This document shows, one piece after another, positions 55,884-63,578 of a stretch of 64,000 nt of DNA. The translations under genes were made by a program, and so were the position numbers. The notes beneath the pieces are model-generated. The model was not told where the DNA came from, did no database searches, and saw only the letters and a list, made by a program, of their open reading frames with translations. Source of the stretch: an uncultured virus (IMG/VR IMGVR_UViG_3300012920_000027) (taxonomy: Duplodnaviria; Heunggongvirae; Uroviricota; Caudoviricetes); IMG/VR virus record IMGVR_UViG_3300012920_000027; one strand, given 5' to 3'. Position 1 is the first letter of the stretch, and every line of letters starts with the position of its first letter.

Positions 55884-56108
55884 TCACAAGTCCTTTTCCT
55901 TTACCTCTTGACGAACTGTGATCACAGCCCTTTCTCTGTTCAGCAAGAGACGCAAATCGCTCAAAGAGATTTGCAGGGGGATGTAGGTCATCCCGTCCTG
56001 TGCAGTGTAGGTATCACAGTCCCGAAGGGCGTTCCTGTTCAAGGAAAGCTTGAGGCTGTCTTCGGCAGTCGAGCGTCGGGCGTATCCGGTTAGGATGTTT
56101 TCAGTCAT
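55884..56108 (-). CDS. Small protein resembling a conserved Thermoplasmatota hypothetical (array)
   Basis: Motif-linked ATG; GYARRS...LKLSLN...TYTAQDGMTYIPL...ERAV (resemblance recalled, not verified). Confidence 0.6.
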   Translation of the reverse strand: MTENILTGYARRSTAEDSLKLSLNRNALRDCDTYTAQDGMTYIPLQISLSDLRLLLNRERAVITVRQEVKEKDL

Positions 56109-56122
56109 GAGCGGTTTGACCC

Positions 56123-56383
56123 TCAGTTGGGTCGGTAGCAGTTCGATGGTTCTGTGACCACACGAATGCGGGCGTCAGCCATTGACTCAAGCGTGACGGC
56201 TTCACCGTCAATCTCAATCACGGTGGCAAAATCGCCTGCTTCGAGGGTCTTGTTGCCATTTGAGATTGTTGCGTAGACGGTGACGAAGTCGCCCTCTTCC
56301 AAATCGTAGGTGTTTTGCGTGTAGGTCTGTTCTGCTGCGGATTCCACCAGCTTGCGCAGGTGGGCGTTCACTCGGTTTCCCAT
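56123..56383 (-). CDS. Small SH3/KOW-like protein (array)
   Basis: Motif-linked ATG; LEEGDFV...GDFATVIEI. Confidence 0.65.
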   Translation of the reverse strand: MGNRVNAHLRKLVESAAEQTYTQNTYDLEEGDFVTVYATISNGNKTLEAGDFATVIEIDGEAVTLESMADARIRVVTEPSNCYRPN

Positions 56384-56395
56384 GAGCGGTTGGCT

Positions 56396-56899
56396 TCAAA
56401 AGCCTTCTATGGAGACGATCCATTCAATTTCAGCCTCGGTAAGTGCTGCAAAACCTTCAGGGTCGTCCTTCTCAAAGCGAATCTTGGTTTCTTCGGTGTT
56501 GGGTTCCCATTCGACCTTCTTGCGTGGGTCGTTTTCTGAGAGTTCATCCCATTCTCCATAGGTGAGACCATGGCGATCCACTCGCCAATCAGGTTCACCA
56601 CCGATTTCATCGCCCCACATGTCGTCTTCTCGAAGGTCCCACCAATGGCTTCCCAGCTCGATGGCGACATTCCTCACCGTAAAGCCTCGGCTTTTGATAA
56701 GGAATTCAAGCCATTCTGAGTCCGGGGTCCACTTGCAGGCCCATTCCAAAACCAAGGTGTTTTCATCGGGTCGTTCTACAATCATGTAGTAACCCCGAGG
56801 TTCCTTGTTCAGTTCGTTCTGCAGGGTGGTTATCGCCAGGGCGCTTGTTTCAAGCCCTGTGTGGGTAATCTTCGTGTAATTGTGACACCAGTTTGCCAT
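56396..56899 (-). CDS. Hypothetical protein, YubB/DUF1281-like N-terminus (array)
   Basis: Variant motif ACCTCTCATG; MANWCHN...CKWTP. Confidence 0.6.
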   Translation of the reverse strand: MANWCHNYTKITHTGLETSALAITTLQNELNKEPRGYYMIVERPDENTLVLEWACKWTPDSEWLEFLIKSRGFTVRNVAIELGSHWWDLREDDMWGDEIGGEPDWRVDRHGLTYGEWDELSENDPRKKVEWEPNTEETKIRFEKDDPEGFAALTEAEIEWIVSIEGF

Positions 56900-56906
56900 G
56901 AGAGGT

Positions 56907-56979
56907 GCTCTCCACCACCGATTCATGGTGGGAGTTCAAACCGCATTCCAAATTTGGTCCAGGGCGGCATCTGGAGAGC
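56907..56979 (-). ncRNA. 73-nt tRNA-like element (non-canonical)
   Basis: 8-bp terminal stem GCTCTCCA/TGGAGAGC; a 5-bp stem with 7-nt loop abuts the 3' strand; exactly bounded by two motif copies. Confidence 0.6.
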
Positions 56980-56988
56980 GAGCGGTTT

Positions 56989-57363
56989 TCAGACCAAGCC
57001 GGCTTCTTGCCAGTATTCCCTGATCTTTGCGATTGTTTCCTCGGTGTCCTCCGGGATTGGGAGGTCGAGGACGATTTGCTTCACATGGTCCGGACGACGG
57101 AGCACGATGTCTTCCCAAAACGGGCTTTCGATCAGTACCTCCTTGCTTCCGGTTTGGTGATAGTCGGGGGCCATGCTACGGATTCCCTCTTCGGGATGGA
57201 CGAACCAGGCTTGGATGAAGTAGCCGTACATTGGGCTCTCTGCTCCAAGCAATCCGCCGGTATCAAACCCGTAGCTCAAGGTCCATTCTCCTGTTACTTC
57301 CATGTCGTCGATTGAGCTGTGTGCTGTGCGATCTTCATGGGTGATTCCTTTGAATCGTGACAT
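56989..57363 (-). CDS. Hypothetical protein (array)
   Basis: Motif-linked ATG. Confidence 0.75.
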   Translation of the reverse strand: MSRFKGITHEDRTAHSSIDDMEVTGEWTLSYGFDTGGLLGAESPMYGYFIQAWFVHPEEGIRSMAPDYHQTGSKEVLIESPFWEDIVLRRPDHVKQIVLDLPIPEDTEETIAKIREYWQEAGLV

Positions 57364-57371
57364 GAGCGGTG

Positions 57372-57620
57372 CTATAGGCGGTATCCTTCCTTGTCGTGAA
57401 ATGCATGGAATTCGTATCCAGCTTCGATTTTTTCAACGATTGTGAAAATATCGGTGACTTCAAGGAGCAAGTAGCAATACTTCTTTTGGCGGTCGGACCA
57501 CAATTCGGATGGTCCGTTTCGTTCAGAGTAGATCAATCCTATCGTTCCTGTGCCTTCCGGCCATTTTCCTTTCGGAGGATAGGCCCAAGCTCGATTCCCG
57601 AACTCGAAATCACTTACCAT
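57372..57620 (-). CDS. Hypothetical protein (array)
   Basis: Motif-linked ATG. Confidence 0.75.
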   Translation of the reverse strand: MVSDFEFGNRAWAYPPKGKWPEGTGTIGLIYSERNGPSELWSDRQKKYCYLLLEVTDIFTIVEKIEAGYEFHAFHDKEGYRL

Positions 57621-57628
57621 GAGCGGTA

Positions 57629-58102
57629 TCAGCCTTCGTAATCGTTCTCAAGGAACGAGGCGACGGCCTTCAACCCTTCTTCGATTGAAGGGGCTTCATT
57701 GACTTCAAACAACACAGCATCGTGCAAAAAAGGACGAATCCGCTGCTTTGCTTCATTGGTCAACTGTAACCACAGGTGGTCCGGAATTATGGGCTCTCGT
57801 TGCGCGTAAAGGCCGATGAAGTATTCCATTCCTGTTGGGGTCGCTGTTGGGTGAATCCTGAGATGACCGAACTTGCTGATTTCTTCCATCAGCTTGTTGA
57901 GGTCGGGCAACAGGTTGTCCCAGACGACCTTCTTGACAGTCATGCGAAGGTCTTGGTCTGCATCGAAGATCCATGTTTCGTCTCCATTGTTTTCAATTTC
58001 GGCGTAGTCTGTGAGGTCTTCATCCTCAACCTTCCATTGGTCGTTGAGGGTATCGAAGAAGTGTCCAGCCATAGCGCCGTCATATCCGTACTTGATGTGC
58101 AT
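57629..58102 (-). CDS. Hypothetical protein (array)
   Basis: Motif-linked ATG. Confidence 0.75.
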   Translation of the reverse strand: MHIKYGYDGAMAGHFFDTLNDQWKVEDEDLTDYAEIENNGDETWIFDADQDLRMTVKKVVWDNLLPDLNKLMEEISKFGHLRIHPTATPTGMEYFIGLYAQREPIIPDHLWLQLTNEAKQRIRPFLHDAVLFEVNEAPSIEEGLKAVASFLENDYEG

Positions 58103-58110
58103 GAGCGGTC

Positions 58111-58335
58111 TCAACCGTACTCCCAATACCAGTTCTCTCCTGCGGAGGCGGCTTCGGCAGCACGGATAACAAGGTCGAATTTGCGTTCAAGTTCAATGAT
58201 TCGTTCCTCAAGTTGCTTCAGGAAAGCGAGCCCTTTGTCGCTGTCCCAAGCCTGTTTGAGATCGTGAAGCAATTTCCCTTGCTGAATGAATCGCCACTCG
58301 AGGTCATCGATGGCTTCTTCAGTCGTTTTGTTCAT
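58111..58335 (-). CDS. Small coiled-coil protein (array)
   Basis: Variant motif ACCTCTCATG. Confidence 0.7.
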   Translation of the reverse strand: MNKTTEEAIDDLEWRFIQQGKLLHDLKQAWDSDKGLAFLKQLEERIIELERKFDLVIRAAEAASAGENWYWEYG

Positions 58336-58570
58336 GAGAGGTGTTCCAGACCTGCACCTTGTATCGTCCACCAAGAATGCTGTCCGTGAAGGTGGATTCT
58401 ACCGATTGGATGTGGTCTGGGTTCTTCGAGAGCACATTCGTCAGCGTCTGCATGGTCGTACCATGCCTCGTCGTGTTGTTGATGTGCTCAAAAATAGCGG
58501 TTGTGGAGCTTGCGCCCTCGGAATTGAGGTACTTCACAACCAGGCTCAGGAGTCTCTTTGTTTTGCCCAT
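58319..58570 (-). CDS. DUF3860-like winged-helix protein
   Basis: HINNTTRHGTTMQTLTNVLSK...ILGGRY..W matches my recollection of DUF3860; degenerate tandem motif upstream. Confidence 0.65.
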   Translation of the reverse strand: MGKTKRLLSLVVKYLNSEGASSTTAIFEHINNTTRHGTTMQTLTNVLSKNPDHIQSVESTFTDSILGGRYKVQVWNTSHEQND

Positions 58571-58606
58571 AAACGGGCATAAGCGGGAGCGGTATTTCAA
58601 AACATC

Positions 58607-59506
58607 TCATGACCATTCTGTGATGCGTGAGCCCTTGGGCTTGTTGAATCCAAGATCGTTCTTCAGCCGATCAAAGCCGGCGGTCAGGAACTCCTTGGAC
58701 ATTTCAATCCCAACGGCGAAACGGTCAGTCAGCATTGCTGCCATGCCCAGGCTGAAAGACCCTGCAAATGGGTCAAGCACCGTGTCTCCAGGGTTTGTGG
58801 AGAACTTCAGGAGCTCGATTAGCAGTTCCACGGGTTTCTCGGTTTGATGCACCTTGTTCTTGCCCATCACTCGGGCGTGCGTAAGGACATCGGGAATCGA
58901 GTTGTTGATCCTGCGTCGCTTCCCCTTGGAGAAGAACAGGATGAGTTCGTGGCGTGGTCGTCCGTTGTAGCCAAGGGAGATGACCTTCTTGTCCCAGACC
59001 CATTGAGAGTTGAATGTGAATCCAGCATTCTCAGCGAGTTTGACCTGGTTGTAGATGTAGTCAATCGTGTCTGCCTTGGCGGCGGGCATGAAACAGAAGA
59101 AGTGGCCGTTTGGCTTGAGAACGCGGTGCATTTGCGAGAACAGGTCATGGTCGAGGTCTTTGGTCTCGAAGTCCCATCCCTTGTTCAGATTGCGCTTGCG
59201 TGTCGTTCCTCTTTGCATCTGGTCATTGAGCACAGCGTAGGGTGGATCGGTGATGATGGCGTCAAAGGAATCGTCCTCAAAATCAGCCAACACCTCCCAG
59301 GCATCACCCTCGATGAGGGCACATTGGGAGTCACCAACGGTTGCGATGTAGACACCGCGCCCTACGCGCTTGAAGCATGAATTGATGTTCTCATTGAGCC
59401 TACCTCTGATGGTGGACTCCTTCTCCCCAGGGAACGCCTCGTAGATCTCCGAGAGGTGATGGGCGTTCTTGAGAAGAAAGTCAATCAATCTGTCTTTCAA
59501 AGTCAT
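58607..59506 (-). CDS. N6-adenine/N4-cytosine DNA methyltransferase (beta class) with an N-terminal HTH-like segment
   Basis: ITDPPY, HQTEKPVELL and VLDPFAGS motifs. Confidence 0.92.
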   Translation of the reverse strand: MTLKDRLIDFLLKNAHHLSEIYEAFPGEKESTIRGRLNENINSCFKRVGRGVYIATVGDSQCALIEGDAWEVLADFEDDSFDAIITDPPYAVLNDQMQRGTTRKRNLNKGWDFETKDLDHDLFSQMHRVLKPNGHFFCFMPAAKADTIDYIYNQVKLAENAGFTFNSQWVWDKKVISLGYNGRPRHELILFFSKGKRRRINNSIPDVLTHARVMGKNKVHQTEKPVELLIELLKFSTNPGDTVLDPFAGSFSLGMAAMLTDRFAVGIEMSKEFLTAGFDRLKNDLGFNKPKGSRITEWS

Positions 59507-59514
59507 GAGCGGTT

Positions 59515-59787
59515 TCAGTCAAGGAAAAAATCCCTGAGGTCATTCGGATGCCATCGGGGAAAATTGGGACCAGGATTGAGGACTTTTAGGCATTCAGCAA
59601 TGAGTTCCATAACCCTCTTGTCTCTTGATTCAATCTCCTCAGGCGTCAAATCGTTGTCTTCACGACTTCCCAGTCCGAGAGCCCACCACAAGTAGTACAA
59701 TCCGTGATCGTCGCTGTTTGCTTCCCAGTAACGAACACAAGTCCAAATTGCGTTATGTTGGCTTGGAGTCAGTTCGATTCGTTTCAT
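59515..59787 (-). CDS. Hypothetical protein (array)
   Basis: Motif-linked ATG. Confidence 0.75.
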   Translation of the reverse strand: MKRIELTPSQHNAIWTCVRYWEANSDDHGLYYLWWALGLGSREDNDLTPEEIESRDKRVMELIAECLKVLNPGPNFPRWHPNDLRDFFLD

Positions 59788-59794
59788 GAGCGGT

Positions 59795-60178
59795 TCAATT
59801 GATTGGAGCCGGCTTGAACTCACTTGGACGGGGTTCGTTGTGCTTCCCAGAGCGAGCTTGCCGGATCATCCAGCTTTCGGTTCCGACCAGAGCTGAAACC
59901 CAATCACGAGGCGACGGGATGAACCCGAAGTCTTCGAGAAGGTGTTGTTCTCCGATCCATTGAGTTGGGATGGTCTGTCCGTCGCTGTTGGTCAATGACG
60001 GCCCGAATACCTCAACCATCGTGTTGATGCCCTGGCTGTGGTGCCTGAACATTCGATGGCGGAAGTCATGGATGTGCTCCTTCGGGGCGTCAAACCATTC
60101 GTGGATGGCGAGGTAATCCTCGACTTTTCCTCCGTACTTTTGGACAGAACCCATTGCATGGTGTAGTGCGTGACTCAT
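59795..60178 (-). CDS. DUF6915-like His-rich protein (array)
   Basis: HALHHAMGSVQKYGG..EDY..IHEWFD...HRMFRHHSQG...IGEQHLLEDFG. Confidence 0.75.
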   Translation of the reverse strand: MSHALHHAMGSVQKYGGKVEDYLAIHEWFDAPKEHIHDFRHRMFRHHSQGINTMVEVFGPSLTNSDGQTIPTQWIGEQHLLEDFGFIPSPRDWVSALVGTESWMIRQARSGKHNEPRPSEFKPAPIN

Positions 60179-60194
60179 GAGCGGTAGTGAGGTT

Positions 60195-60632
60195 TCACTG
60201 GTTCTTCCATTGAGATCCCTCGGGTTGCTTATTGGGCTCCCATGTCCCGTATGCGAGACTGTCGTCTCTGAAGTCAATCCAGAACCCTTGGCCAGACGCG
60301 ATGCCATCAAAGATGGAGTCGTCGATCGGCAGGCACTCCACGAAGTCATCGCCACCTACAGCTTCACGACTCTTTTCCCAGCAATCGGGGATTTCATCAG
60401 GATCGTAACCTTGGGCGAAGATGGCTAAGGACCATTTGTTGTCGCGTTCATTCACCAGTTCTTCGGTCGAACCGGACATGATGTAAATGCCTCTGTCCTT
60501 CACAAAGTCAATGTGTGCCGTGTCCTGCATCTCTGGCTGTACGCCATATGGATCAGTCCACTTGGTAGCGTTCTTTGTGTGTTCAAAGATTGTCCTCAAA
60601 TTGTCTGAGGGCACAAAAATCAGTTGGGTCAT
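60195..60632 (-). CDS. DUF3085-like protein (array)
   Basis: VKDRGIYIMS, AQGYDP and VGGDDFVE motifs. Confidence 0.75.
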   Translation of the reverse strand: MTQLIFVPSDNLRTIFEHTKNATKWTDPYGVQPEMQDTAHIDFVKDRGIYIMSGSTEELVNERDNKWSLAIFAQGYDPDEIPDCWEKSREAVGGDDFVECLPIDDSIFDGIASGQGFWIDFRDDSLAYGTWEPNKQPEGSQWKNQ

Positions 60633-60639
60633 GAGCGGT

Positions 60640-60930
60640 TCATGCGTCCTCGTAGACGCAATTGTCCATGTTTCCGGACTGATACTCTTCAATCAGAAGG
60701 AATGTAGCTTCGTACAAAACCGTGTGGTCCATCATTTCCCAACACATTTCATTCATTTGAATGATGTTCTTGGCGAGCTTGTTCGGCAAGCTCTGTGTGA
60801 TTTCCAGCAGTTGATTGTACCATTCGGGGTCTCTTTCTTTGATTGGGTCAACTTCGTAGCCGTTGAAGACAAACTGCCTCGGCTTCTGTGTGAATTCGTT
60901 AGCTGTGTCAAGCCGTTTATTCATGGTCAT
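60640..60930 (-). CDS. Hypothetical protein (array)
   Basis: Motif-linked ATG. Confidence 0.75.
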   Translation of the reverse strand: MTMNKRLDTANEFTQKPRQFVFNGYEVDPIKERDPEWYNQLLEITQSLPNKLAKNIIQMNEMCWEMMDHTVLYEATFLLIEEYQSGNMDNCVYEDA

Positions 60931-60937
60931 GAGCGGT

Positions 60938-61138
60938 TCAGGGCTTTCGTACCTCGGTGACGGCGTGGACGATTTCAATGTCCATCTCCCAGCCACAGTT
61001 GGAGCATGTGTAGGTGTAGGTGGTTGCATCACCACCCTCCTGCTCTAGCGTTCCTTCTGCTTGGCAATGTGGGCATTGTCCGCCCCATAGTTCTCCGGGG
61101 GCGAGAGTGTCTCCTTCTTCGTAAGAATGTCGGGTCAT
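60938..61138 (-). CDS. Small Zn-ribbon protein (array)
   Basis: Motif-linked ATG; CPHC...CSNCG. Confidence 0.75.
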   Translation of the reverse strand: MTRHSYEEGDTLAPGELWGGQCPHCQAEGTLEQEGGDATTYTYTCSNCGWEMDIEIVHAVTEVRKP

Positions 61139-61145
61139 GAGCGGT

Positions 61146-61451
61146 TCATCGGCGTTGGACAAAGTCCATCGTCGATTGCCAATACGAGATGACTCCCTCT
61201 GGCCTCTCGGCCCATTCCTGTTCGGAAGGTGCTTCAATCATGTCGTAGCGCCAGTCCCAGAAAAGTTCGAGGTCAAAGTCCCCACCAAGTTTGGGTGGCC
61301 GTGCGATCTCCCAAAGGTTCACATCCAAGAACCCAGGGATTGTTTTCTCCCAGTATTCCTTCGGACTTAGCGGTGTATCAACCAAGTAAGGTTCGTTTTG
61401 GTCCCCATCTCCTGTCGTTTCAACGATGTAAAATCGCGATTCGGTGTTCAT
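61146..61451 (-). CDS. Hypothetical protein (array)
   Basis: Motif-linked ATG. Confidence 0.75.
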   Translation of the reverse strand: MNTESRFYIVETTGDGDQNEPYLVDTPLSPKEYWEKTIPGFLDVNLWEIARPPKLGGDFDLELFWDWRYDMIEAPSEQEWAERPEGVISYWQSTMDFVQRR

Positions 61452-61459
61452 GAGCGGTC

Positions 61460-62557
61460 TCAGAGACGGCGTCGGACAGCGTCCCTCAGGGCTGTGAGCC
61501 TCTGCAGGTATTCGTCCAAGTCCGAAAGGGTCTCTTCGTAGGCGTCCACGATTTGCTCGATCTTGCGTTCGACCTGCTTCTCCTTCACAAAGATGGAAGT
61601 CATGGTCTTTGGATCGTTGTCGTGGACAACAGGGACTGGCCCCGAGTAGCCGCCTCGCTTGTTCTTGCGTAGAGGCTTGATGGTTCTCCCATCCGTGTCT
61701 ACCATTGGAGGCTCCACAGGGGGTTCCAGTACATGTTCTGTTTCGACCTGGTCCGACCATCGCAAATCAAGCGTTGCGGAGGTGTCGAGTTGTTCGTCCG
61801 TCACAGGTTCGGGCTCTGCCTCTGGCTCAGGCACCACGGGGGGTTCTGGCTCAGGGATTTCAACCGATGGAGATTCCGTTTCAATCACCGGCTCTGGCTC
61901 AAGTTCCACTTCGGGAACAGGCTCAGGCTCTTGCGTTGGTTCTTCCACGGGCTCCGGCTCGGTTTCCGGCTCGGTTTCTGGGTCCTCAGGGTAGAGGATG
62001 TCCAGAGATTTCTTGACGGCTTCAGCCTCTTCAGGGGTAAGGTCCTCTTCGGATTCCTCCCAAAAGTCGTCGGCTTCTTCCTCTTCCTCGTCGTCTTCTT
62101 CCTCAAGGAGGGACGCGAGGTCACCTGGTTCCTCAAGCTCATGTCCGAGTAGCTCTTTCATGGCGAGGATCGGGTCTTGGTCGTTCTGAAGTGCTTGAGT
62201 CGCTATATCCCACAGTTCTTCGCCCCGAAGGCGCTCTTCTGCGGTCAAATCGGCCATGAACTCGGTCACGGTATCGATGAGTTCGGGTTCAGGATCAGTG
62301 TCCTTTTCCGGAGTCTCTGTTCGGTCGTAATAGCTCACGAGGCGTTCGTTGAGGACGCGGGCCATCTCAATCATTCGAGAAGTCCCTGCGGGGAATTCGT
62401 CAAACGCGCCTTCTGCGACAGCGTCTTCAAGCACAATTTTTGCGAGCTTACGCTTCTTGCGAATGCGTCTCTTCAGTTCTTCATCTGCTTCAGCCTCCTC
62501 TCGCGAATTCATTCGTTCAAGGATGCTGTCGATGTCTTGCATCATTTCTGCTTGCAT
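61460..62557 (-). CDS. Highly acidic protein with Pro-Glu repeats and a C-terminal coiled coil (array)
   Basis: Motif-linked ATG; poly-E tract and PEPE repeats. Confidence 0.8.
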   Translation of the reverse strand: MQAEMMQDIDSILERMNSREEAEADEELKRRIRKKRKLAKIVLEDAVAEGAFDEFPAGTSRMIEMARVLNERLVSYYDRTETPEKDTDPEPELIDTVTEFMADLTAEERLRGEELWDIATQALQNDQDPILAMKELLGHELEEPGDLASLLEEEDDEEEEEADDFWEESEEDLTPEEAEAVKKSLDILYPEDPETEPETEPEPVEEPTQEPEPVPEVELEPEPVIETESPSVEIPEPEPPVVPEPEAEPEPVTDEQLDTSATLDLRWSDQVETEHVLEPPVEPPMVDTDGRTIKPLRKNKRGGYSGPVPVVHDNDPKTMTSIFVKEKQVERKIEQIVDAYEETLSDLDEYLQRLTALRDAVRRRL

Positions 62558-62564
62558 GAGCGGT

Positions 62565-62837
62565 TCATAGGTCGTAGAGACCTGATTCACGGATGAGTTT
62601 CGCAGCCTTGCCGGCGTTCGGCCCGATGTAATTCGGGTTCACATCCGTTGATTCAAGTGCAGCGACAATCAATCCGAGGATGATGTTTTGGTGCTTCAGT
62701 AGCGTGAGCTTCTGTCGAGTCAAGGCGATCTCAAGAGGCTTCGTGTCCTCTTGGTTTTCTTGGGATTGCTCGGCTGCTCGATTTGTTTCCTCAAGCACTT
62801 GTTTTGCAGTTTGGATCCATTGTGGTTCAGTTTGCAT
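62565..62837 (-). CDS. Hypothetical protein (array)
   Basis: Motif-linked ATG. Confidence 0.75.
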   Translation of the reverse strand: MQTEPQWIQTAKQVLEETNRAAEQSQENQEDTKPLEIALTRQKLTLLKHQNIILGLIVAALESTDVNPNYIGPNAGKAAKLIRESGLYDL

Positions 62838-62844
62838 GAGCGGT

Positions 62845-63318
62845 TCAGTCGACGCGAATCGCGCCGAGTTCGTCGTCCCAGTAGGAACCAATCACCTTCA
62901 CCTCGATGTCCTCGATTTTGAAGTGCTTCAGGTTCTCCTGGACACAATGGACGCCATAGACGGCCATGTTGATGTTGATTGAGACTCTCCAGAGCTTGTC
63001 CCTGTAAAGGGTGATGTACTCGTAGGACTCGTGAATTGAGTCCTTGACTGGAGGAAAGCGATCTGTGCTGGTGAAAGCAAGAACCTGCCCATCAATCGTG
63101 TGATCTTCCCAAGCATTCCATGTGTTGTACAGGACGAGGAACTTCTCCTCATCAATGTCGTCATGGCTCGAGAATGTCCACGGTATGAGTTCATCGTGTT
63201 CATGTCCTTCCCAGCTCCATTCGCCAGTCTCTGGATCTCCATCGTCACCCAATTCGCCGGTGCGAGGTGGGTAAAATTGGTTCAGCAGTTCAGTTTCCTT
63301 TTCGTTGAATCTGGTCAT
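62845..63318 (-). CDS. Hypothetical protein (array)
   Basis: Motif-linked ATG. Confidence 0.75.
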   Translation of the reverse strand: MTRFNEKETELLNQFYPPRTGELGDDGDPETGEWSWEGHEHDELIPWTFSSHDDIDEEKFLVLYNTWNAWEDHTIDGQVLAFTSTDRFPPVKDSIHESYEYITLYRDKLWRVSININMAVYGVHCVQENLKHFKIEDIEVKVIGSYWDDELGAIRVD

Positions 63319-63327
63319 GAGCGGTAC

Positions 63328-63564
63328 TCAGAATCCGTTCGTGACTCCATAGTCGTGCAGGATTTCGAATATGGCTTTCAAAGCCATGACTTCGACGGAT
63401 TTGATGTTTTTTCGATTCATTCTCTCGAGGGTACCACCACAGGTGATGTCGTACCAAGAAAGAACTCGGAAAAGTTGTCGAGTCAAGGCTGGTCCATCAG
63501 GACCATCCCATGGACCGGTGTTTTCCTCCAACCAATCGTCGAGTTGAGCGTGTAGTGCTTTCAT
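63328..63564 (-). CDS. Hypothetical protein (array)
   Basis: Motif-linked ATG. Confidence 0.75.
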   Translation of the reverse strand: MKALHAQLDDWLEENTGPWDGPDGPALTRQLFRVLSWYDITCGGTLERMNRKNIKSVEVMALKAIFEILHDYGVTNGF

Positions 63565-63578
63565 GAGCGGTTCCTGTA

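Larger units (their letters stand above)
27831..63573 (-). repeat. Dispersed conserved junction motif (TGA)ACCGCTC|ATG, about 90 ATG-linked plus 4 ATG-less copies
   Basis: Plus-strand CATGAGCGGT at essentially every gene start from 27937 to 63562, all in the same orientation; single-base variants at 50589, 56897 and 58333. Confidence 0.98.

Noticed and set aside
56907..56979. Canonical tRNA gene
   Set aside because: No TTC in the T loop and no D arm or 5-bp/7-nt anticodon arm; reported only as tRNA-like.
27831..63573. CRISPR array
   Set aside because: The repeat is only about 10-13 bp, the intervening units are about 70-1100 bp and mostly whole genes, and no cas genes were seen.
27831..63573. 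Classical integron with attC sites
   Set aside because: No GTTRRRY/RYYYAAC-bounded palindromes between genes and no tyrosine integrase in the window. Only a non-classical cassette model remains open.
27831..63573. Motif as a Shine-Dalgarno sequence
   Set aside because: ACCGCTC is pyrimidine-rich, abuts the ATG with no spacer and does not pair with the anti-SD; left-hand genes use normal GGAGGTG.
27831..63573. Synthetic linker, restriction-ligation or lac-operator artefact (GAGCGG)
   Set aside because: Flanks vary naturally, point variants and overlapping read-throughs exist, all copies are co-oriented with intact ORFs, and no vector sequence is present. Read-level confirmation is still advisable.
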